From positions 1 through 51,793 of the IMG/VR virus record IMGVR_UViG_3300000756_000016: a stretch of DNA of 51,793 nt; one strand, given 5' to 3'. The DNA comes from a virus (Duplodnaviria > Caudoviricetes). The position numbers and the translations under genes were made by a program. Shown one piece after another: positions 20,001 to 28,000 of this stretch (the first letter of the stretch is position 1; each line of letters opens with the position of its first letter). The notes under the pieces were generated by a model. It was given only the letters and a program-made list of their open reading frames with translations, made no database searches and was not told the DNA's origin.

Positions 20001-20381
20001 AACATAAGTAGGAGTGGAATTGTTACTGGAGATTACTTTGTAGTTAGTGATACTATAACTGGATCTGGGGTAACCTCACTAAATTCTGCTAATGGATTCT
20101 CAATTCTTGGAATAGGATCAACCTTTATAGATAATGTGTATAGAGTTGATCACATAGTTACAAGTGTAAATTCCGGTATTGTCACAGTCTATTCAAATGT
20201 TCGATCAATTTCTGGAGTTGGAAGTGTCTCTGAAGGTAGATGTGGGTACTATAGTTGGGGTAAATTGAATTTCAATACTAGAGCCCAACCAAAGGCATTT
20301 AGTTTAAATAATCGTGGACTTGCCGGAGTTTCTACTGCACCCATAGTTATAAGATCTAAACCACTATTCGAGAGATACTAA
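8031..20381 (+). CDS. g7: Giant baseplate wedge initiator gp7-like structural protein (4116 aa, multidomain)
   Basis: Lies between g6 and g8. N-terminal QLP.FV.EE.PLFVEFLKQYY, FY.TKGS..S.K.LFK.LYG, and DSNYYQSFSY/HPSGFKVFG. Contains many repeats plus YHYH-like, globin-like and BNR-type regions. Confidence 0.8.
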   Translation: MLNKDLQRVKIHQVIESQLPAFVLEENPLFVEFLKQYYISQDSEGSVVDLCENIDRFINLENFDGNSFTETYTTLGAGIEYYNTTIQVESTESWPKTYGLFKIDNEIITYTSKDSTHFYGCVRGFSGIESLHSQTNPNELVFSATEADSHLIGARVHNLSNLVFVEIWRKLKEQFLPGFQKLELYPGIDKATFLSKSNDFYRTKGSSESLKILFKVLYGESDLKVIKPSEYLIRPSDAQWSVTDNLIVEVISGDISKINGQQIIQQNPYALGNVYISTLLSVGEVSYYEITLSNESKVGTFRACPSTRVVSPVAVTDTSITVDSTIGFDSVGELLINDNYIKYNGKSSTQFFNCEPEEAIDIYSSVYQNYFIVSYENGDISKPVYMRASSVLTNTDDILNKSRYMVVGDEISVRTLGEDIQPNRHFYKNRTENWFYNNNYELELVNSPGGITISTNPATINTKIPHNFKLNDSVTLIDVDVYDTFTNPPVTGRVTQILSETSFIFEFFSGNLYSNLEYIVRKNIKFYSLSGENYVTDIQNTYIDKTRDHIYVASSSIPSYITSEIEYEKYFAITQETSLITTVNKFGSVVNHNFYTGDKVYYSYTSGNVGVSTGVYFVKKVSDTSLRLAYNLPKIYQGDYIIFTSAGISTYSNSLVLDDLKNKEITDQKLLKRVSVTPKLKQSNFSLTKTSLLTSVGMLLNGTEIVYSKSLDKVYYGQLTSIDVNSAGRGYDVINPPNVIIDDANVGYGASASVHISGSLSEIQLTNSGYDYVKAPTVKIYGGNGRNATAEAIMKDVTTAINFRGSSIGVNTTANTIGFTTYHSLNTGEEVIYKSYTNTAIGVGTIGSPAAGESDTKSYLIDRAHYFVVKIDDYTVKLTNTLKDALANQNIINLTQASDGNHTLISTKLRKIVDRIVVTNPGEGYQNKVVTIAPILYPPTQIGAKNTTLVGINTQENYIYAKNHNFESGDLVTYSSTNTAISGLSTSQRYYIIKLDNDKFRLAAAGIGTTLSNEKYLNNNYSKLYSAGSGKHVFAFPPIVLEITGIPRSSGVSGISTETPSDLISSQASGIPIVLGSVTNIFLAEGGFNYGSPNILNHNRTPIITLDSGSGAVLRPIIVNGGISEVYIVKRGTGYVAPPKLVVSGSGSYAELLPILRNGEIIAVKVINSGEGYLKQTTEITVVTKGSGVSLNANLQIWHVNLFEKYRYVIEDPLYKSDAFTISSFDKNINTGQLVSPIVPRKLRYVLGDNIDENLNTTLNIRHSPIVGWAYDGNPIYGSYGSPNSEKLESIRELRSSYVQVEKPNRPTYTLGFFIEDYEYTAGGDLDEFNGRFCVTPEFPEGVYAYFSTRNNYPYVLYDFAGEVDLYNYDSTKNQISGLLESGEIIRNSSPYNINEEYSDYKGINLNYSRNAKSLVRAIYKTGVDSIAILSSGQNYKVDDRVVFDNTLTGGRGLDAKISEVVGRGVSFVNYNSSYLNNIEFVESGGLIIGISTIPHNLINNQIVTISGINTAAYKFIEGPHTVSVTTSFTNLLVGIGTSGVTGITTFLKISEPPISGRIKINDILRIDSEKFLVLKADTSKNNYKVLRGYDSTTTGVHTANYTVELLPRTFTFASPSGIKTDSSTELNTSKYFNPQTDIGVGINTTVNYVGYGFTHTIIGIETSLGSYTKLNFYRHSFKVGDVVELSGATNIIIPQAQVVSTTPTSITVNYDSSLIVGAVGVGTTTLVSQKKYNKINPQNILIPGHGYTHGQRLKYSAISGIGLTCSVNYSLSPQFNLMSGDIVYVVKEDNDNFGISTTSVGIGSTAGKLYFKYLSSYNGESHKFDTTNDNPVGEIVALTGTLTTFDNHNILVGDKINFNITPDLTENVTLKFDDSSARLLVNPVSIASTYFSVPSGTIVTQSHKFKTGDKIVYNSNSPASPLISGEEYFVIKIDNNSIRLAEYYNDAVSLNYNAIGITTYGSGTHTLSPINPPLKFTRGNTVKFSISDVSLKNLILDLYLDYSFTSKIAQNDITRVGSPGDQNANTAVYLKLSDNIPDVLYYKLVPVGISSIINNAGAYNVDTDVLGYSRIVVEKSYYNAEYDIISVGNTTLSFNLNKTPEASSYNLSGVSTTFYYTSSPTALGPIYNISIGYTGTGYRTLPGITTITTEDGYGAIIRPVSNSIGSIKNLAILNSGYDFPTDPTLPPKADVPFSLKISNNYELDEIVISNKGKNYLVAPKFICPQHPELQFTATLEGNNVKSVSIDINKSGLSEVAPEIICLNNSNGVQITNAYSNLGVNTLEISPQSGDFIEFPFKVGDQVFIEGVELLEPSTTDTGYNSTDYNYRVFTIDTINSTAGAESVSYSIVGYGISGGYYDPDNSVGRVIKYDDISKVTATMKKSDFIENEIIYNNGDIFRVQKSGWNKEKNTLKISGSETYLELGSIVVGKFSNAKATIEEITTTESAYKIGGEVKKENGWRTKTGFLNETDQRMHDSNYYQSFSYSVNSKILKNTWSDSVESLAHPSGFKVFGDLIVNSTPEVGIGRSNDLQVRVNNLSDLLITIQNTLAFDTKQNFDTNYEVTTSNGISKTIGFLTKKLIDYTICKTNKVLKIDDISPQFNGTSRQELDGRYVDASNLITLNRQFIQNEVVGFITSTYPGILTNPDYNETICKRDVGYVVDAISRDLKYGGNVSSVNAGKSYWNAGVSYVSGESTETIAGYRYIIELSKYIINNVGISTSYQVPAFSVPQKYNLTIAYDENCSQSSYNENCCSDVRSAIGSYVGIITTIIGIGTTAAPNTTYPNIAQGGNVVGISSFFINSKGSRLICKYFVAQNSCAVGSSIINLPNHNFSSGEELVYDPGTGGTRIAIASTDRVRGGISTNFMPSTVYAYKVDNNRIKLVGIKTDAVANGSYFIFRDLGSGQGVGSGITHSLSVSPELANTRSLITIDSVIQSPLYKKKISTALASPIAIGDTTIKLTGITSISSNLLLKVDNEIMKINTVGFGSTNVLTIDRGSMGSPIESHLVGAGVTVLAGDYNISKGTIYFNTPPYGKAGPAGVSTNSTFSGRIFYRFNYDNTYIFDDISNSFNGSNKEHELSYYGKDVTGIVTNLGNNVVGPNYGVILINNILQKPAIDYSMTERAAIGIGGSIKFTGVDILSLPKGGFINEVSCGFGFGYQPLVRAFATPVVSGSGTIQSLVIQNSGFGYRSNMGVEVLTSVGTGASIVALVGSGSSVGIITGFNIISGGSGYASTNPPIISVGVPTAYSNMRLTGGSGTGAKIDVIVGSGGSVTQFQISNRGLGYKPNDLLTLQGIPFAVGVGTSSFNFRIRDILSDKFSGWSFGNLTALDDISDNFNGVAKSFLLTKTDIITERYNISVLPGSDIIPENTLIIILNDVLQSPGENYSLIGGERLVFTTPPPLGSKCLIFFYKASPFDIVDVDTLNQVKVGDTIALNKRDQFVRQLDRVVTSILSIAEVKTTNYIDIGISTDPTFYRTSDLTKQRSDLIINNAYISKARLQLEGRIAPASRIIKNISVTDVDVYVENAFPLFRNLDNLEQLKNSVTIINDTDTRAAKVSAVVSAAGTITDFTIIDGGQNYSSSPTITISSTKPILPQYGKTWANGEIEFGVQQYNSFAFGEGIYVACRNLGGISTSINFTSWDNPTSIAVYDLKSVSYGNGSWVVVGYGGTIFTSTTSNNWQSNATFLSRIYVGGIIPFEYPVSSYTGSLNGVTFGMNKFIAVGAGGSALVSDATSGVSTSWIVRATPSATELNSVTAGTDNYVAVGNNGYITRSSDGYVWQSQVSNTSNNLTSVKYLNDKFFAVGVNGTLTVSTDGGGNWTNTSPSGYSSYNFFDITYKDGVYLISGSNQLVIISSDGQNWIRTSNSNAEIRFLGTDRYRIIGVGETSKYSVTDSVVVKATATTTVSAAGTVQSITVTEPGFGYDETVGVNVLISPETLFFERLDNVGVTGDFGVIAGIGTSVSGISTTSPMVIFNLDSDSILNQATYGNISRSGIVTGDYFVVSDTITGSGVTSLNSANGFSILGIGSTFIDNVYRVDHIVTSVNSGIVTVYSNVRSISGVGSVSEGRCGYYSWGKLNFNTRAQPKAFSLNNRGLAGVSTAPIVIRSKPLFERY

Positions 20382-20384
20382 ATA
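20378..20384 (+). promoter_or_regulatory. Late promoter variant CTAAATA
   Basis: Overlaps the g7 stop, 20 nt upstream of g8. Confidence 0.6.
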
Positions 20385-20404
20385 GTACAAACAATTGTAA
20401 TAAT

Positions 20405-22036
20405 ATGTCTGCAATAATTTCAGATCAATTTAGAATACTAAATGCACAGTCATTTATTGATACCTTTGCGGGTATTGGTTCGACTAATTATGTGTATTAT
20501 AGCTTTATTGGTTTGCCAAATCCGTATGATACTGCAACAGGATCTGGTACTACGGATTGGAATGATAATCCACCATCGCCTCAGGATATGTTTAAGGCGC
20601 AAAATGATTATCATGATACTATGCTATCGTTGAAAAAGATTAACTCCTCCGATCTTAGAAGAGTTATTCGTAAGATCGAGTGGAGTGCTGGAACTTCATA
20701 CGAAATGTATAGGAATGATTATAATGTATATAATCCATCACCAATAACAAATTCAAATAATCTTTATGATGCAAACTACTATGTGGTAAATTCCGACTAT
20801 CGGGTATATCTTTGTTTAAATAATGGGACAAATCCAGAAAATCCAGCAGGATCTCCATCAATTGATGAACCACTATTCACAGATATTGAGCCCAGAGCTG
20901 CTGGAACTTCTGGAGACGGTTATATTTGGAAGTATCTTTATACTATTTCCCCAAGAGATATAATCAAATTTGATTCCACCGAATATATACCAACTCCAAA
21001 TGATTGGGGTATTGGTGAGAGTGAGGCAATTAAAAATAATGCTGTTGGCGGAAAAATTGAAGTTGTTATAGTTGAAAATCGTGGAGATGGATATGAGCCA
21101 ATTAGTACTTCGATTAGAAATGTACCAATCCTGGGAGACGGTACAGGGGGAAAGGCTACAGTAACGATTGATTCTTCAGGAAAAGTGTCTGATGTTATTG
21201 TTACCGATGGTGGCGTAAATTATACCAAGGCAATTCTTCAGTTCTATCCTGGAGCACCAGGATCTGAAACTGGGGGACCAATAAGTGGCCTAAATCGGGT
21301 TGGAATTGCTACTACCTCAATTGCATCATTTAATGTTGTTGTACCTCCTCCTGGGGGGCATGGATATGACATTTATCGTGAATTAGGAGCCAACCGAGTA
21401 ATGATTTACTCTAGATATGAAGTTGATTCAAATAATCCAGATACAATCATAAACAATGATTTTGCTAGAGTTGGTATAATTAAAAATCCAATAACGTATG
21501 GTGGAAGTACTCAACTACTTTCGGCATCAGAATACAGCGCATTATATTCAGTAAAATTGAAGAGCGCAACAGGGGCTAGTATTTCCAATGTAGAGTATAC
21601 AGTAGATACTACAATTGACCAGACCATTGGAATTGGATCTACTGCCATTGGAATTGTAGCTTCTTGGGACAATACTACAGGAGTATTGAAGTACTATCAA
21701 CCAGTTGGATTAGCTTCCACAAGTGTTGGATTTAGGATGTCAAAATTTACTTCAGGAATTGGTGTAGGTGGAACACATTTGATCCGTGGAGCAAGTGCTG
21801 GTAGTAATTTAGTTATTGACACTACATTTGGATCCTTAGCTTCTCCAGTAACATCAGTAACAATTGGATCGGGAATTAATACTAGAACAATTAGATTGGG
21901 TCAGTCCTATGTTGAGGGATGTGCAAATCCAGAGATTAAAAAATACTCGGGAGAAATCATCTATATAGATAACAGAGCGGCAATTATTCGTTCACCGAAT
22001 CAAAAAGAAGACATTAAAGTTGTATTAGAGTTTTAA
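20405..22036 (+). CDS. g8: Baseplate wedge subunit gp8
   Basis: MSAIISDQFRILNA, YRVYLCLNN, DGYIWKYLYTI, PPGGHG, terminal SGEIIYIDNR...QKEDIKVVLEF. Confidence 0.9.
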   Translation: MSAIISDQFRILNAQSFIDTFAGIGSTNYVYYSFIGLPNPYDTATGSGTTDWNDNPPSPQDMFKAQNDYHDTMLSLKKINSSDLRRVIRKIEWSAGTSYEMYRNDYNVYNPSPITNSNNLYDANYYVVNSDYRVYLCLNNGTNPENPAGSPSIDEPLFTDIEPRAAGTSGDGYIWKYLYTISPRDIIKFDSTEYIPTPNDWGIGESEAIKNNAVGGKIEVVIVENRGDGYEPISTSIRNVPILGDGTGGKATVTIDSSGKVSDVIVTDGGVNYTKAILQFYPGAPGSETGGPISGLNRVGIATTSIASFNVVVPPPGGHGYDIYRELGANRVMIYSRYEVDSNNPDTIINNDFARVGIIKNPITYGGSTQLLSASEYSALYSVKLKSATGASISNVEYTVDTTIDQTIGIGSTAIGIVASWDNTTGVLKYYQPVGLASTSVGFRMSKFTSGIGVGGTHLIRGASAGSNLVIDTTFGSLASPVTSVTIGSGINTRTIRLGQSYVEGCANPEIKKYSGEIIYIDNRAAIIRSPNQKEDIKVVLEF

Positions 22037-22039
22037 ACA

Positions 22040-25000
22040 ATGCCACAAAATACTAATCTAAATGTAAGTCCATACTTTGATGACTTTGATGAGGATAAAA
22101 ATTATAAGAGAGTTTTATTTAAACCTGGCACTCCAATTCAGTCCAGAGAATTAAGCTCCTTACAATCAATTTTACAAAATCAAATTGAAAGTTTTGGGCA
22201 GCACTTCTTTAAGGAAGGGGCTAAGGTAATTCCCGGACAAACTTCCTACGATGGTAGAGTTGATTATATTCGTTTAGATCCAGTATATTTTGGCGTTAAC
22301 ATAAACACATATATTGATCAACTTGTAGATACTAATATTATTGGTCAAACTACAGGAATAAGTGCTAAAGTTGAGTTAGCAATATCAGACGTTGAATCAG
22401 ATTTAGATACCAATACACTATACTTCAGATACGCAACTTCGGACACAACGGATTTTTCTGGCAATAAATTTAAACCTGGAGAAATTTTATTAACTGATAC
22501 CGATATTATTGTAGATGGTGTAGTAGTTGTTCGTGCAAATTCACCTTTTGCTACAGTTATTACTGAGTATCCAACTGGCAATGCATCAATTGCATCTGTG
22601 AATGAGGGAGTTTATTTTATAAGAGGTCATTTTGTAAAAGTATTGAAGGAATCGATTATTGTTGATCAGTATTCAATCACTCCAAGTGCAAGAATTGGGT
22701 TTCTAATAGAAGAAGATTTTATAACTTCATATGATGATGAAACTTTAAATGATAATGCTCAGGGATTTTCAAATTTTGCTGCTCCTGGAGCAGATCGCTT
22801 AAGAATTGCAGTAAGATTAATTAAAAAGGCAATTGATGATTTCAATGATGAAAATTTCATTGAATTGATGCGAGTTGTTGATGGCGTCCTTCAGGAATTT
22901 ACCCCATCAAAATCAAATGACGCATATTTCAGAGATCTTTTAGCAAAAAGAACATTTGATGAGTCTGGTAATTATTTGGTTAAAAATTTTGAAGTATTTG
23001 CAAAGGAAAATTTAAATGATGGTAAGGGAAATAATGGTGTTTATACCGAGAATCAAACTACAAGCTCAGGTCAAAAGCCATCAGAGAGTCTTTTAACATT
23101 AGATATAAGTCCTGGAAAGGCTTATGTTGAGGGATATGATATTGAAAAAATTTCATCTTCCTTAATTGATATTCAGAAGCCAAGAACAACTAAATTAGTT
23201 CCCGAGAGTGCAATAAATTTTCAGTCTTGTGCAAGTGTAGTTGTAAATAATGTTTATGGATCTCCTAGAGTTGGTTTTGCATACACTGACACTATAACAC
23301 TAGTAGATAGTAGAGTAAACAATTCAAGCCCTACGGCAATTTCTGGAAATGAAATTGGTCTTGCAAGAATTTACGATTTCTATCCACTCACATCAATTTA
23401 TACGAATGACACCACCCAATATGAATGCTTAATTTATGATATTAATACATTTGTAAAGATAACTCTTGGTAGCAATATAACTTTAAATGTACCAGCTAAA
23501 GTTGAGGGAGTTAATAGTGGTGCAACAGGATTTTTAAGGCAAAGTATATCTAATAGTAATATAGTAGTATTATATGATACTAAGGGAACATTTAATTTTG
23601 GTGAGCAAATTAAAGTCAATCAGATTAGATATCCTCAGACAATCACTAGCGTAATAGATTATGGGTTTTCTGATGTAAAATCATTCTTCTCAACAGATTC
23701 TGTAACTGCTAGTTCATTTTCTGCGGATTTGATTTTAGATTCTACAAAGCAAATTGCTCCAACATCTACACAATTTACAATTACCTCTGGAGGTTCTGTA
23801 ACTATTGGCATTACTACAGCATCAGTAAATCCACCTAAAGTTGGCGATATTGTTCAATATACGATTTCGGGAAATAGTGTATCAACATACAACAAAGTAA
23901 GTGCTGTAAGTTCTAATCTAAAATCATTTACAGTAGTAGCTGTTAGTGACAATGCAAGTATCAATAGTGGCGCTTTGCCTGGAAGTACAATTTCAGTAAA
24001 TGATCTAGTAATTGTAAATCCAACGTTAAAGAATAAGGAGAAGAAGGATCTTTATGAAATTCTACCACATTACAATATTAGTAGCATAAATTTAGACAAT
24101 TCAAGACTTTCTCTTAAAAAATCATATACTGCAAATGTATCTTCATCAACATTTACAGTAACCGAAACGGATGTAAATCTATTTTTCAAACAATTTAATG
24201 TAACAGAATATAATTTATCATATAGCGACGGCACAATAGAAGTATTAACTCCAGGAAAGGTAGTAATATCAAATTCAGGAAAAACCCTAACAATTACACA
24301 ACTTTCAAAGAGTAGTAGTAGTAATGCAATACTAATTGCGTCTCTTGAAAAAATTAATGTTAAGGCGAAGGAGAAGGTACTAGTAAACTGTGCCACAGTA
24401 ACTATCAACAGATCTATTAAGGCAGAATCTGGAACTGGAGCAGGAACTTTAAACGATGGTCTCACATATAGTGCAGTTTATGGAACCAGAGTCCAGGATG
24501 ATGAAATATGCCTAAATGTACCAGAGGTTATAAAGATTGTTGATATATTTGAATCTAACGATCAAAATGATCCCATTTTACCAAAGATTGATCTTGTAGA
24601 AATCAATGGAGATTTTACTACAATTCTTCCAGGGCAGGTTGTAAATGGAAAAACTTCTAAGGCAATTGCAAGAATTATTTCAACAACCGCTTCAAGTATA
24701 ACTTTTTCTTATGTAAATGAATTCATTTTCCAAAAAAATGAAATTATTTCGGTAGTTAATTCAACAGTTTCTGCAAAGATAACTGCAGTAAATACCTACT
24801 CTAAGGATATTTCAAATTCATATCTCTTTGATGGTGGAAGTAGACCAGAATATGTAGATTATGGTAAGATTGTAAAAAAAGCTGGGGTAGAAGCACCGGT
24901 TCGAAGAGTGACTGTAGTATTTGATTACTACACTACTCCATCCGGAGATACTGGCGATTTTATATGTTTTTCAAGTTTTGCCGCAGAAAATTATAAGGAG

Positions 25001-28000
25001 AGCATTCCACAAATCTATGGAAATGTTAGAGCTACAGATGCTATTGACATAAGACCTAGAGTTAGTAACTATAATCCAGCCGTCAATACACTATCTCCAT
25101 TTGAATTTGGATCTAGAAACTTTGTAACATCAAATTCCAATGTAGCCAATCCAATTGTAAATGGATCTTCAGTTATACTTAGTTATTCGTACTACTTGGG
25201 TAGAATTGATAAATTATATTTGACAAGAAGTGGCATTTTCCAAATCAGAACTGGAGTGCCTTCAGAAAATCCAGTTGCTCCGATTGAGTCAAGTAAATCC
25301 TTAAATATCGCCACAATTTCATTAAACCCATATACCTATAATGTAAAAAATGATGTAAAGATTGAGTCTATCAATCATAAGCGATATACTATGAGAGATA
25401 TTGAAAAACTTGAGGAAAGGATTTCAACTGTTGAAAAGATAACTTCACTATCTCTACTTGAGACAAATACAAAAAATTTAAGCATCAAGGATGCTAAAAC
25501 TGGTTTAGATAGATTTAAGAGTGGATTTTTTGTAGATAATTTTAACAATCATAGTTCTCATACTGTAGGCCATCCAGACTTTAAGGCTAGTGTTGATCCA
25601 ATAGAAGGAGTACTACGTCCATCTCACTATACAACATCAATAGATTTATCAAATTCAGTATCTGAAAGTTCTAATATTATAAAAAAAGGAAAACTAATAA
25701 CACTATCCTACACTGAAGTTGAGAAGATAAAGCAGCCATTTGCAACTAGGCTTGAAAATATTAACCCATTCAGTGTTGTTACTTGGACAGGAACTTTAAC
25801 TTTAAACCCAAGTTCAGATACCTGGTTTGATGAAAAGAGATTGGATGTAAATAATATTAAGCAGGAGGGTAACTACAATGCGCTCATGCAAGCTCTTGGT
25901 GCAGATCCTAATACTGGAGTTTCTCCAGTGGACTGGGGATCTTGGGAATCTATGTGGTCAGGAAGAGAACTTATTGGAAGTAGAGAGTTAGTTACTAGTG
26001 TATCTATTCAGTCTGAAACTACTCCAGAAGCTCGTACCGGAACTGCAGGTAGGGAGGATTGGCCATTTATTGCTCCAGTTTTTGAGTCTACCACAACTAG
26101 AACACTTACATCAGAAAGAGAACTTGAAGAAACTTACAGAACTTTAGATAATCAGTCTAGAAGTGGTGTACAGTTTAAAGTAAGTGAGCAGACAGATACC
26201 GTAAATCTTGGTAGTAGAATTGTAAGTCGAGAAATTATTCCATTCTGTAGAGAAAGAAATATTGAGTTAATTGCAAAGAGAGTAAAACCAAGCACACTAT
26301 TTTTCCCATTCTTTAATGGAATTGATGTGTTCTATTACACAACTCCAAAATTATTAGAAATTGAAATGGTATCTGGAGTATTTGTTGCGGGAGAAGCTGT
26401 TGAGGGATTTTTTAGTGGCAGTTCATACTCCGTAAACATTCCTACTTTTAAATTTAAAGTCGCAAATGCAAATCATAAGTATGGATCAATTTCAAATCCA
26501 AGTGAAGTTTATGAAAAAAATCCCTATAATTTGCGGGAATCTTTACCTCAAAACTATTCATCAACTTCTAGCATCTTAAATATAGACACTAGTAGCTTAG
26601 AATTAAAGTCAGAATCTGATTTTTATGGTCATGCCATAAGTGGAATGAGACTTCGTGGAACGACAAGTAATGCAGTAGCTACTGTAAAATCGAAGAGATT
26701 AGTATCTGATGAGTCTGGAACTTTCCTAGGATCATTCTATATCCCAAATCCAAACTTTGGCGGAAATCCAAGATTCCAAACTGGAGCAAAAACATTCCTG
26801 CTAATTTCAGATCCAGATAACAAGTATATACCTGGAGAGGTGATAAGTCAAGTGGAGGCCACATTTACATCCTCTGGAGAGTTGAATGTTACTCAAGAAA
26901 CTACACTATCAACAAGAAATTCTACAGTTCAAAGAATACCTGCTGCAGAAACCCGAGTAGTTGAAGGTAGAATCACTGAAACTAAAGATTTATCTCCAAC
27001 ATCATCAGTTCTTGATACTGTAACTACTCAGAGAATTGGTGATTGGTATGACCCATTGGCAGAATCATTTATTGTAAGTTCTTCTGGTGGATTTTTCCTA
27101 ACCTCAGTGGAAGTATATTTCCAAAGTAAGGATCCGGTGTTGCCTGTATCATGTCAAATACGACCACTTTCTGGTGGGGTTCCAACTTCAACAATTTTAC
27201 CCTTTGCTGAAGTTACATACAATCCAAGTCAAGTAAGTGTATCAGATAATGCATCTGCACCTACAAAGTTCATCTTTGATTCCCCAATATATTTAAAAGA
27301 TGGGGGAGAATATGCAATTGTTTTAGTAACAGATTCTAGCAAGTATTTAACTTGGATTTCTAGAATGGGTGAAGTTGATATCTCAAGCGCAAATAATCCA
27401 GAGGCTCAAAGAATTATTGTTTCTCAACAACCCTATTTGGGATCACTATTTAAATCTCAAAATGGTGCAACTTGGGACCCAAGTCAATTAGAGGATTTGA
27501 AATTTACAATTTATGGAGCAAAATTCACCACATCTCCCGGAACATTTATTTCTTATAATCCATCTCTAGGACTTGGTAATGGGCAAATTGCAAAGTTGAG
27601 AATTGATCCAGTTACTTCAATTTCAAATGAATTAGTAATTGGACTAGGAAATACAATCACAACGCCATTAACTCCAGGAGTAACTGTAAGTCAATTTAAC
27701 AACACTAATGCAACTGGTATTTTAGTTAATACGACAGGTTCAATTAAAATTCAATCCACCACAGCACTAACTAGCAATAATGTTGGATCAGGCCTTACTC
27801 CATCCTCTGGATCATTTACCTACACAAATGTTGATGTAGTTTCAGTGACAGGTATTGGCACCGGAGCCAAAGCTCAAGTGACGGTAACTAATGGTGCTCT
27901 AGGAGTCTCCACTGTAACTACTGGTGGTCAAGGATATAGTCTTGGCGATGTTGTTACCTTAAAACTTGGAGCCCTAAGTCAAAATGTTAGATATAATGTA